Part shown: positions 6,404 through 14,656 of the stretch, in pieces | How the letters are laid out: each line of letters begins with the position of its first letter | Numbering within the stretch: the stretch's first letter is position 1 | Virus record (IMG/VR): IMGVR_UViG_3300042837_000031 | Reading direction: 5' to 3' (one strand) | DNA from: a virus | DNA: 20,865 bases | The notes under the pieces: generated by a model | Told to the model about the DNA's origin: nothing | The model's input: the letters and a program-made list of their open reading frames with translations, nothing else | The model's database searches: none | Program-made: the position numbers and the translations under genes

Positions 6404-6702
6404 TGCCCCTTTGGTTCTGGATCGGCTGTTTCGTCCACGTGGGACAGGTTGCAGGGTGCACACGCTGCCCTGACGTTATCTGGGTGATCGGTCCCGCCTT
6501 GGGATTTGGGCACTATGTGCGCGGCCTGGGTGGCCAGCGTGGTGCATTTCGGGCCCCGGATCTGGCAGCGGTACTGATCGCGGCGCAGCACCAGGAGCCG
6601 AACACCGCGCCATGCTGCGGTGGAGCCACCAGCCCACGCCTTAGACACGGGGGCGCATTCTCCGGCGGCCGGGGAGATTCCACCAGCGTGGCCACAGGGC
6701 AC
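6397..6702 (-). CDS. HNH endonuclease
   Basis: WRGVRLLVLRRDQYRCQIRGPKC...AAHIVPKSQGGTDHPDNVRAACAPCN matches the HNH core, with N in the final CxxCN. GTG 6702 is the first in-frame start after TAG 6759-6757. Confidence 0.85.
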   Translation of the reverse strand: MPCGHAGGISPAAGECAPVSKAWAGGSTAAWRGVRLLVLRRDQYRCQIRGPKCTTLATQAAHIVPKSQGGTDHPDNVRAACAPCNLSHVDETADPEPKGQW

Positions 6703-6780
6703 ACGAGCCAGCGTGCCCCGCTGGACGAGCGCACCACCAGCCGGGGAGCTTGCGGCCTAGCCGGCACCACGTGGGGCTCA

Positions 6781-7374
6781 TCAGGCTGCCCTGTAAGTCA
6801 GGTTGCCCGCGAGAACGTCCCCGGCCGCCCACGGGATCGGGTCGTTTGAGTCAATGCGGCTATAGGGCGGCGTGAAGTTCGTGGGGCCAGTGTTGGGGAA
6901 TGGCGACACAGCGGCGGCGAAGTGAACGCGGTCAGACGCGGCAGCCCAGAGCCCGAGCGAGCCGCCGTAATGGCGCGGCGTGACCGCGGCACCACTGGCC
7001 GAATCGTCTCTGGCCGTCCAGGTGCCTATACACCCGGAGATACCCGAAGCGCCCCACACGAACGCGGGGACAGGCAGCACCAGGAGGAACGTGCCCGAGT
7101 CGATCGAGAATCCAGACGCCAACTCAACCCGGAATTCAGCATGGACCAGCTTTCCGCACTGCTGATAGAAACCCTGACTGCTGCCCGCGCCGCCCACGCT
7201 GAGGAAGCCGCCGCCGCTGGCCGTGTCCCACACGAGCGGCCAGTTATTCCAGACGTCATGGCGGGCGGTAAGCGCGGCCTGGGCAGAGGTAGCCAGGTTC
7301 TGGACATGCTGCCAGATGGAGGTCCCGCCGCTGGCGTCCGGGTAAGTCAGATTGTCGGGTGATGTTCCGGGCAT
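6781..7374 (-). CDS. Minor tail / tail fibre-like protein (candidate receptor-binding protein)
   Basis: The N-terminus MPGTSPDNLTYPDASGG..IWQHVQNLATSAQAAL resembles the conserved N-termini of actinophage tail fibres. ATG 7374 follows AAGGA plus a 7-nt spacer and overlaps the upstream stop (TAATG). It is the last gene of the tail block. Confidence 0.6.
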   Translation of the reverse strand: MPGTSPDNLTYPDASGGTSIWQHVQNLATSAQAALTARHDVWNNWPLVWDTASGGGFLSVGGAGSSQGFYQQCGKLVHAEFRVELASGFSIDSGTFLLVLPVPAFVWGASGISGCIGTWTARDDSASGAAVTPRHYGGSLGLWAAASDRVHFAAAVSPFPNTGPTNFTPPYSRIDSNDPIPWAAGDVLAGNLTYRAA

Positions 7375-8144
7375 TAGGAGATCCTTGTCCAATCGAGAGT
7401 GAGCACCATGCTGGAGGAGTAGCGCGAGCGGCCCGCCAGCCTTACGTGGGGCTGTGAATCATCGGAGACCCATATACCGATCCCACCCGCCAGCCCGTCC
7501 ACGATGTCTTGAGCGAGCGCGTTAGGAAGCGTCAACGTGTCCACCTCATTAACCGACAGGTTAGGGCCCAGGGTGCCTGAGCCGGTGCGTGTCGGGGCGC
7601 CGCTGGGCCGCGTGTTTTCCGCGATCCGATAGAACTCAGGTTTGCGGGCTGAGCTGTCCCCGCCCGCCACGCGTTTCATCTTGAGCCGGGCCAGGGTCAC
7701 CACGGCACCAGCCAGGGCCCGCGGGGCGGAGCCGTAGAACGCGCAGCCGGTGAACAGGTCGCCGCCCCATTCACTCTGGAGCAGATCGTCTGTGTCAAAC
7801 CGCCAGGCGTTGGGCCCTGGGCCCGTGTGATACGAGCGGGTCTCGACTGGCAGGAAGACGCTTTGACCCGAGCGGGATGCGCCCTCTGGTGACGGCGGGT
7901 AGCCCGTGGCGTCTGCGGCGCTGGGTGCACTGGCGTGCATACGGCCCAAGATCAGGATCTCGCCGCCCACCCGGACGCCCGCCACGATGTCACCCGCGGC
8001 CGTGGTGATGCCGCGGAGAGCACGGCAGACAATGACGGTCCCCATGATCTTGACGCTGACCGTTGCGGAGCCGCTCACCGCGCCCTGGGCAATCCCCTTG
8101 ATCACGCTAGTGCGGGGCGAGACCCGCAGCCCTGACCACTCCAT
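7374..8144 (-). CDS. Minor tail protein
   Basis: Lies in the tail block and is coupled to both neighbours by 1-nt overlaps. No specific motif recognised. Confidence 0.55.
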   Translation of the reverse strand: MEWSGLRVSPRTSVIKGIAQGAVSGSATVSVKIMGTVIVCRALRGITTAAGDIVAGVRVGGEILILGRMHASAPSAADATGYPPSPEGASRSGQSVFLPVETRSYHTGPGPNAWRFDTDDLLQSEWGGDLFTGCAFYGSAPRALAGAVVTLARLKMKRVAGGDSSARKPEFYRIAENTRPSGAPTRTGSGTLGPNLSVNEVDTLTLPNALAQDIVDGLAGGIGIWVSDDSQPHVRLAGRSRYSSSMVLTLDWTRIS

Positions 8145-9259
8145 CAGTCCTTGAGCCTCACCGTGAGGGGCGCCTGAGCGTTAGCAGGCTGATGGCCGAG
8201 CCCGTAGCCCTGGACCCTACCCAGGGCACCAGAGAGGCCCAGGCGTGCGCTGGTGACCGCCACAGCATCGCCGAGCTTGATTGCCGGGTGGGGGACAGCG
8301 TCGATCGAGACTGTGCGGCCGCTGGTGCCGCGGAGAGTCCGAAGCCTGGTGTTCGCGGCCGCCTGGACCATCGTGGGGTCAGTCATCAGCGGCGACTCGT
8401 AGCCAAACGGCACCAGGAACGGGCTGAACGGGCCGCCGTAGCGAAACGGCGAGGTGGCCACCAGGTCATAGCCCGTCGCCACGATCTCCTGGCCAGCGAG
8501 CCCACCAGCCGTGTCCGGGTATGCACCCCGGGCCACCACGGCATTGAACGCGCCGTCCCTGGACAGCTCGCTGCTGAACTGTTCCACGTTGACCGTGTCG
8601 GAGAACGTCATCAGGGCGCTGGTGGGCTCGGCCGGGACAGGGGTCACCTTGAGCACGCCGTCCACGGTGACCTCAGCCTGAGCTGGCCACGCATCGAGCG
8701 CGTTAGCCACGTTGTCCAGCCGGTTGTCCGACCAGGTCACATTGCTGGGAGCCGTCCGGTCAGTGGGAGCCGTGGTGAGGTCCACGATCAGGCCAGGTTC
8801 GACCAGAGCTCGAATGATGGAGCCGAGCGTGGCGCCCGCCTTGGGCTGATACTCGCTAACCAGGCTAGCCTCCTCCACCAGGTACAGCAGGCCAGCACAC
8901 TGGACGCTGACCGAGTCCCCAGAGGTCTCCGCACCGATCGTCAGGAACTGGCCGCGGGTCAGCCACTCAACCTGTCCGCTGTCAATCCCCACCCCCACCT
9001 GGGCCACGATGCGCTGGCCCCAGATTCCGAGCGGATGATCATACGAGCTGGGCACCCAGGACACGCCGCGGTCAAGGATCGGGACCTTAAAGCTCAGCGT
9101 CTCGGGCACCCGCAGGCTAGCGTCTGCCTCCTCGCGGACGTCCACGGCCGGGATGTCATCGGCCAGCACAACGCCAGCCTGGATGGAGATCAGCCGGTTA
9201 TAGAGCTTGTAGCTGTTCCCCGCCAGGATGCCCTTGAGCGTGTCCGAGATTGTGATCAT
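8144..9259 (-). CDS. Minor tail protein, baseplate hub / Tal-like by position
   Basis: The 371-aa gene directly follows the Dit-like gene with an ATGA overlap, which is the position expected for a siphovirus hub protein. Similarity is judged by eye only. Confidence 0.5.
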   Translation of the reverse strand: MITISDTLKGILAGNSYKLYNRLISIQAGVVLADDIPAVDVREEADASLRVPETLSFKVPILDRGVSWVPSSYDHPLGIWGQRIVAQVGVGIDSGQVEWLTRGQFLTIGAETSGDSVSVQCAGLLYLVEEASLVSEYQPKAGATLGSIIRALVEPGLIVDLTTAPTDRTAPSNVTWSDNRLDNVANALDAWPAQAEVTVDGVLKVTPVPAEPTSALMTFSDTVNVEQFSSELSRDGAFNAVVARGAYPDTAGGLAGQEIVATGYDLVATSPFRYGGPFSPFLVPFGYESPLMTDPTMVQAAANTRLRTLRGTSGRTVSIDAVPHPAIKLGDAVAVTSARLGLSGALGRVQGYGLGHQPANAQAPLTVRLKD

Positions 9260-10101
9260 GACCAGTCAGCCAGCGCAATGTCCAGAAGAGTCCCACCAGG
9301 GAACATGTCAGCCAGGTCCTGGAGATCGTTCGGTGGGCTAGGCAGCGCGGCCGCGATGTCACCCAGGGTGAATGACTTAGTGCCCAGGGTGGACGCCCAG
9401 CCCTCCACCTCGACCACCTCAGCCGCCACCACGCGGCGATCGTCAGAGCCATCCTGGCTCCAGCGGCGAACGCTGAGACCGACCACGGCCAGGTAGCAAT
9501 CCACGTCGTCGTAGCCGCCCGGGCCACGTAGCTGAACGATGCCCTGGGTGGCGTTGCGCAGCAGGTTGACCAGGTTCGTGCGGCTGTCCGTGGTCTCGCA
9601 GTAAAACTCAATCGTGGAGGTGAAGCCCACCAGGTCACCCAGGACAGCAATATTGCGGTCGCCTACCTGGAAGACAGTGGACGGCCGGGCCATGTCTTTG
9701 TCCGGCCAGGCCAGGATCACAGTCTCAGCAGCATTCCCCGCGATCGCGTCCGTGATTGCGACCTTGCCGCCGTCCAGGGTGAGCGTGACCATTTCGGTCT
9801 CCAGCGGGAGATCAATCCCGCTGACCTCCAGGAGGTACTCGAGCGGGATGCCATAGGGCGCTTCGTGGTCGTAGGCGATGATCGGGCCCGAGTCCGTACG
9901 CACCAGGTGGTCAGCACCACGCACGGCGACGCGGTCAGTCTGGCCAGCGACGCGGCGCCAGATGGTGACAGTGGTCCCGGCCACGTTCTCAGTGACCACG
10001 AGCTGGACGCGATCCGGGTAGACGTCCTGGACCGTCAGCGCAATATCGGTGTCGCCGCCGTAGACCCCGGAGCCGTAGATCCCGACGCCATAGATGCCCA
10101 T
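9256..10101 (-). CDS. Distal tail protein (Dit)-like minor tail protein
   Basis: ATG 10101 (MGIYGVGIYGSGVYGG...) overlaps the upstream stop as TAATG. The call rests on size and on position upstream of the hub-like gene. Confidence 0.5.
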   Translation of the reverse strand: MGIYGVGIYGSGVYGGDTDIALTVQDVYPDRVQLVVTENVAGTTVTIWRRVAGQTDRVAVRGADHLVRTDSGPIIAYDHEAPYGIPLEYLLEVSGIDLPLETEMVTLTLDGGKVAITDAIAGNAAETVILAWPDKDMARPSTVFQVGDRNIAVLGDLVGFTSTIEFYCETTDSRTNLVNLLRNATQGIVQLRGPGGYDDVDCYLAVVGLSVRRWSQDGSDDRRVVAAEVVEVEGWASTLGTKSFTLGDIAAALPSPPNDLQDLADMFPGGTLLDIALADWS

Positions 10102-10637
10102 TAGGCCACTCGCTGCATGTACAGGTGAGAGCCAGCCTTGAGGATCGTGCTCGCGGCTGCCACCACCTGGGCCCACTGGACCGTCAGCGTGCCAGCAGTG
10201 GCAGCGGTGGTGAGGTAGCCGCGGCCGCGCACATGACTGAAGACGCCAGCGCCTAGGCAGCCATGCTGGATGACAGTGGCAAGCGTGGGCGCGTCCTGGC
10301 TGATCGGGGCCACATTGGCCACGGCCGCGAGGTCCAGGCCGAGCGATGACCAGACCATCGCGGAGCCAGCCGGCCCAGTAAACGAATATTTAAAATCGTT
10401 GGCCTGCGGCCCGTCCATGCGGAACCACCACTCCACCAGATAGAACGCGTTCGCGGCCACTGGTAGCAACAGGTGATCATCGTTCTGGAGTGCGGTGGCG
10501 TTGATCGTCTCGTCTGCCGCCTTGCGGATCGCCAGAAGATCATCATTGATCTGGTTAACGGCCGCGTTGAGCGTGACCCCGTAGACGTCATTCGTGGCTG
10601 AGTCCCCCGGTGTCGGGAGAGTGATTGGCCTACCCAT
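10101..10637 (-). CDS. Minor tail protein (fibre-like N-terminus, beta-rich C-terminus) inserted between tape measure and Dit
   Basis: MGRPITLPTPGDSATNDVYGVTLNAAVNQINDDL resembles tail fibre N-terminal motifs. It starts 3 nt after the tape measure stop. Confidence 0.5.
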   Translation of the reverse strand: MGRPITLPTPGDSATNDVYGVTLNAAVNQINDDLLAIRKAADETINATALQNDDHLLLPVAANAFYLVEWWFRMDGPQANDFKYSFTGPAGSAMVWSSLGLDLAAVANVAPISQDAPTLATVIQHGCLGAGVFSHVRGRGYLTTAATAGTLTVQWAQVVAAASTILKAGSHLYMQRVA

Positions 10638-10639
10638 GG

Positions 10640-12358
10640 TTAGCGCCTTCCTATCCGGGCGCGGTATGCGTCACCCTTGTTAGCTTCACGAATCTCTGAC
10701 CTGACAATCGCGCGGATCTCGCGCGAGTCCAGGCGCACACTTACAGCCACGTTGGGCGCGGCCACGTTGACCTGAGCAGGGCCGCCAGTGCGAGCGCCGG
10801 ACATAGCTGACGCAGCCCAGGCCATGCCGTTAGCCCACGATTTAGAGCCGCCACCTGACCCGCCCGGGTTGCCGCTGGCCTTGGCCTTCAGGCCAGCTAT
10901 GCGGGCCACGGCGGCCGCGATCTTGTCAGCGAAACGCTGGACGCCGTCGAGAGCTGTCTGGAATGCGCCCTTCATGGCACCCCAGAGCCCGGACACAGCG
11001 CGGCCAGCAGCAGCAGGGATACGGCGGAGGAATCGAGCTACGCCGTCGCGGGCTTCCTTGGCTCGCTGCTTTCCACCACGCACCACCTCATCGAAGTGAG
11101 ATTTCATGCTGGCCCACAGCCGGGAGACCGCGCGGCCAGCCATGCCGGGCAGCCGCTTGAACCAGGTCACAACCCTATGAACTGTCCGAGAGGCGAAGTC
11201 GGAGGCCTTCCCATAAATCTTGTTCCACTGGCGTTGGATGCCGTTACCCAGCCCACGGATGCCCGTGAGGATCTTGGGCGCGTTGCGCTTCACCGCGTTC
11301 CACATGCCGCCCAGCGGGCCAGCCTTGCCGCTCGTGCTTTTCTCGAACGCGTCCACCCTGTCTGAGAATTTCTTGTACTTCTGAGAGATGGTGATCAGGG
11401 CGCCAGCAAGATCGACAGCAGAGTCAGCGGCGTCACGGAGCAAACCGGCCGTGTTGCGGACAGCATCCTCCACTTTCTTCGGGTCCTTCAGCAGCGCCGC
11501 GATCGCGTCACCGATGCCCTTGCCGATCTTGGGAGCCTCCTCGCCCCAAATTTTCATCCCGGTATTGATGCCCGGAATGGCTGGCTCCAGGGCTGTGATG
11601 AACGCCACAACGCCATCCATCACCCCGCCCACGAGCTTCTCAAATCCTGGCGCTAGCCCCTTCACCATGCGGCGGAATTTGGGGCCGAACTTATCGAGCA
11701 ACCGGCCAGCGCGATCCATCAGCCTGAACACCACAGGCTGGAGCGGCTCGGAAATGGTGTCCATGAAGCGGCGCGCGGAGCCCTTGAGCCGGTTGAAATG
11801 CTCGGCCTGCTTGCGGAGCACACCCAGGCGTTTCAGCTCCCCATCCATCTCCTCTTGGATGCGCTTTTTTGCGTCCTTACTCCTGGCCGTTTCGAGACGC
11901 CTGCGGAGACCCTCCAGCTTTTTGAGCGAGACCTCCTGCTCTTTCGCCGCGTTGGCTTGTTTCTTGAGGATGCCGATTAGCGGCAGGGCCAGGAGAGCCG
12001 GGCCCAAGATCAGCGGGAGCCCGGCCAGAATGATGTTGCCAGCCTGAGCCAGCACAGCGCCCGCTAAGCCCACAGCGAACACACCACCTAGGCGGATGCC
12101 CATCCGCGCGAACTGAGGCCCCATCTTGCTGTCCACTGTGGCGCCGAGCTTGCCGAATGTGAGCCCGCGGAGGAACGACTGGAAGAAAGCCTGAGCGCTA
12201 TCGGAGCCGCTTTTCAGCATTGACTTTTTGGTGTCCGTGTTGAATCGGGTCACCTTGCGGCGTAGCCGGTCCAGGTTGTTTCCGGCTGACCTGGTGGCGC
12301 GGCCGGTGTGATCGTTGCCCTCCAGGTTCAGCTCAACATCACGACTATTGACGCCCAT
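10640..12358 (-). CDS. Tape measure protein (572 aa)
   Basis: The largest tail gene. Hydrophobic block at aa 85-130, and Lys/Arg/Glu-rich helical regions. Internal repeat WFKRLPGMAGRAVSRLWASMKSHF / RFLRRIPAAAGRAVSGLWGAMKGAF (about 43-aa period, nt 10961-11164). It sits downstream of the chaperone genes. Confidence 0.85.
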   Translation of the reverse strand: MGVNSRDVELNLEGNDHTGRATRSAGNNLDRLRRKVTRFNTDTKKSMLKSGSDSAQAFFQSFLRGLTFGKLGATVDSKMGPQFARMGIRLGGVFAVGLAGAVLAQAGNIILAGLPLILGPALLALPLIGILKKQANAAKEQEVSLKKLEGLRRRLETARSKDAKKRIQEEMDGELKRLGVLRKQAEHFNRLKGSARRFMDTISEPLQPVVFRLMDRAGRLLDKFGPKFRRMVKGLAPGFEKLVGGVMDGVVAFITALEPAIPGINTGMKIWGEEAPKIGKGIGDAIAALLKDPKKVEDAVRNTAGLLRDAADSAVDLAGALITISQKYKKFSDRVDAFEKSTSGKAGPLGGMWNAVKRNAPKILTGIRGLGNGIQRQWNKIYGKASDFASRTVHRVVTWFKRLPGMAGRAVSRLWASMKSHFDEVVRGGKQRAKEARDGVARFLRRIPAAAGRAVSGLWGAMKGAFQTALDGVQRFADKIAAAVARIAGLKAKASGNPGGSGGGSKSWANGMAWAASAMSGARTGGPAQVNVAAPNVAVSVRLDSREIRAIVRSEIREANKGDAYRARIGRR

Positions 12359-12359
12359 G

Positions 12360-12821
12360 TCAGGCCCTCACGATCCTCTCGGCAGCGTTCTCACACGCCT
12401 CCAGCGTGGCGTCCAGTAGCTGGTCCATGCCCTCCTCCGACGCGCCCTCGCTGAATGAGCCGGCCACTACCGTCTGAGCGGACCAGGGCCTGTGCCCCCA
12501 GGTGAGGTGACGGACGCGGCCCATGCTGTCCAGGCGCTTCAGGTCCGAGCGCTTGCCGGTGCCCGAGTTGCGCCCCTGGACGACAGTCACCCCAGCGGAG
12601 CTAGCGCCGCGGCGTACGCGAGCGGTGATCTTGCCGCTCGCCATCCACTCGCCCAGCCCGCTGGGCAGGACTTCCACCTCATGGGCGCGGATCGCTTTAC
12701 GGAGTGGCGCCACGCCGCGGCGGATACCCGCGGCCATGTCATTGACGATCTTTCGATCAGCGCCCACGGACCGGACGGCGGCAGCTACCAGCGCGATCTC
12801 CTCCGCGCCTGTGACTCTCAC
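12360..12821 (-). CDS. Structural protein of uncertain role, tentatively HK97 gp10-like tail-completion/neck protein, in an unusual position just before the tape measure
   Basis: GTG 12821 is preceded by AAGGGGAG plus a 10-nt spacer. The resemblance to the gp10 family is loose and by eye only. Confidence 0.4.
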   Translation of the reverse strand: MRVTGAEEIALVAAAVRSVGADRKIVNDMAAGIRRGVAPLRKAIRAHEVEVLPSGLGEWMASGKITARVRRGASSAGVTVVQGRNSGTGKRSDLKRLDSMGRVRHLTWGHRPWSAQTVVAGSFSEGASEEGMDQLLDATLEACENAAERIVRA

Positions 12822-12827
12822 GTCCGA

Positions 12828-12974
12828 TCAACTCCCCTTGGCCGCGTCTTTCGCCGCCTTCTCCTGCTCCTCCAGCACCAGCGTGGCAGTGGCGAGAGCC
12901 TTGGGCTCCCACGTCATCAGCTCCGCTAGTGGCTGCCTGGTGGCCAGCGCCATGCGGACATACAAGTCCATCAT
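12828..12974 (-). CDS. Hidden 48-aa ORF (MMDLYVRMALATRQPLAELMTWEPKALATATLVLEEQEKAAKDAAKGS). It is either the T-part of a -1 frameshifted chaperone or a coupled small gene.
   Basis: Translated by hand; it is below the ORF-track length cutoff. ATG 12974 overlaps the chaperone stop as ATGA. Its frame is -1 relative to the chaperone and stays open back to 13016. Confidence 0.5.
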   Translation of the reverse strand: MMDLYVRMALATRQPLAELMTWEPKALATATLVLEEQEKAAKDAAKGS

Positions 12975-13270
12975 GGAGCCGGAATCGTAGGGTCCACCGT
13001 CTCCTGGGGCGCCTCCTCATCGGGCTCCTCAACAGAGACGACGTTCTCCTCCCAAGCCTCAAACGGCAGATCAGTGCGGCCGAGCCTGCGCAGCGCGCAC
13101 CACCCGATGTATCGCTGGAAGATCATCGTGGCCTCGCCCAGGGCGCGCGCCGTGCCGATCGAAAACTTGCGCTCGAACGCTGCCATGTCTCGCTGATCAG
13201 CCCTGACCAGCTCAGGCTCCTCAGCTCCGTCTTTCCAGATCTCCAGGTCAACGACCGTTGGGACTCCCAT
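12971..13270 (-). CDS. Tail assembly chaperone (G-like)
   Basis: A 99-aa acidic protein with DMAAFERKFSIGTARAL and an acidic C-tail, upstream of the tape measure. RBS AGAGGAG plus a 9-nt spacer. Confidence 0.65.
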   Translation of the reverse strand: MGVPTVVDLEIWKDGAEEPELVRADQRDMAAFERKFSIGTARALGEATMIFQRYIGWCALRRLGRTDLPFEAWEENVVSVEEPDEEAPQETVDPTIPAP

Positions 13271-13276
13271 GTCTCT

Positions 13277-13504
13277 CTACTCCTCTAAAGCGCGGCGGGG
13301 TACGGGTGTATTGCTGGCCGCCATCGTGTTGCCCGGTGCGACCAGGTATGCGAAGACAGCCACAGTGATACTCAGCCAGGTGGGCTGGGTGCCAATGGCC
13401 AGGTAAGCGATCTGGAGAGAGCCCACGACCACACCAGCCAGAGCCAAGATCATATAGACCCAGGCGCGAGCCTTGGGCGGGACGCTCTCCAGAATGGCGG
13501 ACAT
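13277..13504 (-). CDS. Two-TM holin-like small membrane protein embedded in the tail module
   Basis: The 75-aa protein has helices WVYMILALAGVVVGSLQIAYLAI and WLSITVAVFAYLVAPG. It is tightly packed between neighbouring genes. Confidence 0.6.
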   Translation of the reverse strand: MSAILESVPPKARAWVYMILALAGVVVGSLQIAYLAIGTQPTWLSITVAVFAYLVAPGNTMAASNTPVPRRALEE

Positions 13505-13505
13505 A

Positions 13506-13847
13506 TCAGGGAAGCCGCTTCACCATCGAAGTGATGCCAGCACCCTGAGCGGACGTGGTGACCGTGATAATGCCAGCACTGTCCGCGAACTCAGGCAGCA
13601 CCAAGATCTCGCGATCGCCAGTTGTAGCCGGGACGCTGACGCCAGCGTTAGAGCCAGAGCTACCGCCCGGAGTCTTGCCGTTGTCCACCACCGTGAACGT
13701 CACGGCTGAGCCCGTGGTGTTCTTCGCGTGGAGGATCGCCGGGCGGCCGCCCAATAGGTTCACGTCGATGGTGTCCGACGCGGCGGCCACAACCGGGGCG
13801 GGCGCCACGCCAGCCTTGCTGATTGTCGTTACTGGTAGTGCTGCCAT
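13506..13847 (-). CDS. Hypothetical beta-rich structural protein (113 aa)
   Basis: AGGAG plus a 9-nt spacer precedes ATG 13847. Gly/Thr/Val-rich. It follows the major tail protein. Confidence 0.6.
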   Translation of the reverse strand: MAALPVTTISKAGVAPAPVVAAASDTIDVNLLGGRPAILHAKNTTGSAVTFTVVDNGKTPGGSSGSNAGVSVPATTGDREILVLPEFADSAGIITVTTSAQGAGITSMVKRLP

Positions 13848-13892
13848 TTCTCTGGGCTCCTAGATCCAAAAATCGAACGGGTGGACGAGCGG

Positions 13893-14303
13893 TTACGGCT
13901 GAGTGCCCAGGGTGGGCTCACCGATGATCGGAAGCTCAAGCTGGATCTGGAGGAACTCGCCTTGCTTCCCACCCGCGGGAGGTGCCACGGCGATGAGCGT
14001 CCCGGAGAACTGAGCCAGGCCCGAGCCCTTGCGTGGCGCGAACACGAACGCCACCTGAGCGCCGCGGTTAGTCCACAGGAACTTGGCCAGACCGGTGGTC
14101 TCCCAATCCTGGAGGCCCTCCAGACTGATCTTGTAGAGCGCCGTGTCAACGTCGGAGATCCCACCGTCAGGCACAAGGGTGCGCTGCTGCTGGATGGGCG
14201 TGTCGCCCTCCATGCTGATCTCCCACGCCTGATTGGTGTAGTCCGTTCCGGACAACTTGAGCATGGCATCACGGAAGACGCGGGCTCCTGCGTAAGCGGG
14301 CAT
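13893..14303 (-). CDS. Major tail protein
   Basis: The 136-aa protein lies between the terminator-like gene and the chaperones. The sequence pattern (LKLSGTDYTNQAWEISMEGD..., ...QVAFVFAPRKG...) resembles small siphovirus tail tube proteins. Confidence 0.6.
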   Translation of the reverse strand: MPAYAGARVFRDAMLKLSGTDYTNQAWEISMEGDTPIQQQRTLVPDGGISDVDTALYKISLEGLQDWETTGLAKFLWTNRGAQVAFVFAPRKGSGLAQFSGTLIAVAPPAGGKQGEFLQIQLELPIIGEPTLGTQP

Positions 14304-14305
14304 GT

Positions 14306-14656
14306 CTAGCTCTCTCTCTTGAGTGTGATCTCAGCGCCGTACAGGACGCCAGCGTTTGGGATTTGGAAGTCAACCGGGAGCGCCGCCACCACGTACGCGA
14401 GCGGCGACACAGCGGACACCAGGAGCGAGAGGTGGGAGTCCAGGAAGTTCATTGCGTCAGTGGGCGTGCCCCCGGTGATCACGTCCACAAGCCACGTGGT
14501 CTCGAACAGTTCGAGCGGACCAGCAGCAAGCCAGCCGCCCCAGCGCACCCAGGCGTCGCCCACGTTGAGCATTGCGGGTTGGTCATCGTATCCAGTGATG
14601 TCCTGGACCGCGTCCACAGCCTGGGCGATCGCGAGCCTGTCAGCAGCGAGAGTCAT
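14306..14656 (-). CDS. Head-tail joining protein, tail-terminator-like by position
   Basis: The 116-aa gene is immediately upstream of the major tail gene, with an ATGA overlap to the adaptor gene. Confidence 0.45.
   Translation of the reverse strand: MTLAADRLAIAQAVDAVQDITGYDDQPAMLNVGDAWVRWGGWLAAGPLELFETTWLVDVITGGTPTDAMNFLDSHLSLLVSAVSPLAYVVAALPVDFQIPNAGVLYGAEITLKRES

Noticed and set aside
6716-6746. Imperfect inverted repeat CCCCGCTGG / CCAGCCGGGG between the tail fibre and HNH genes, considered as a terminator
   Set aside because: The stem has a bulge, no T/U tract follows on the coding strand, and similar CCAGCGGG strings occur by chance elsewhere in this GC-rich sequence. This is too weak to annotate.
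8192-9496. Long plus-strand ORF (434 aa) and other plus-strand ORFs such as 827-1270, 2277-2834, 6403-6849, 11388-12047 and 16833-17483
   Set aside because: All lie antisense to minus-strand genes with recognisable domains or good RBS and coupling. Their translations are Arg/Pro/Ser/Gly-rich and low complexity, as expected for shadow ORFs in high-GC DNA.
12757-13062. +1 frameshift at the CCC_C run in the chaperone gene into the 101-aa ORF in the third frame
   Set aside because: That frame translates to an Arg/Gly-rich, non-protein-like sequence (RRRPRRRWTLRFR...). The -1 frame gives a plausible helical peptide ending just before the next gene's RBS.
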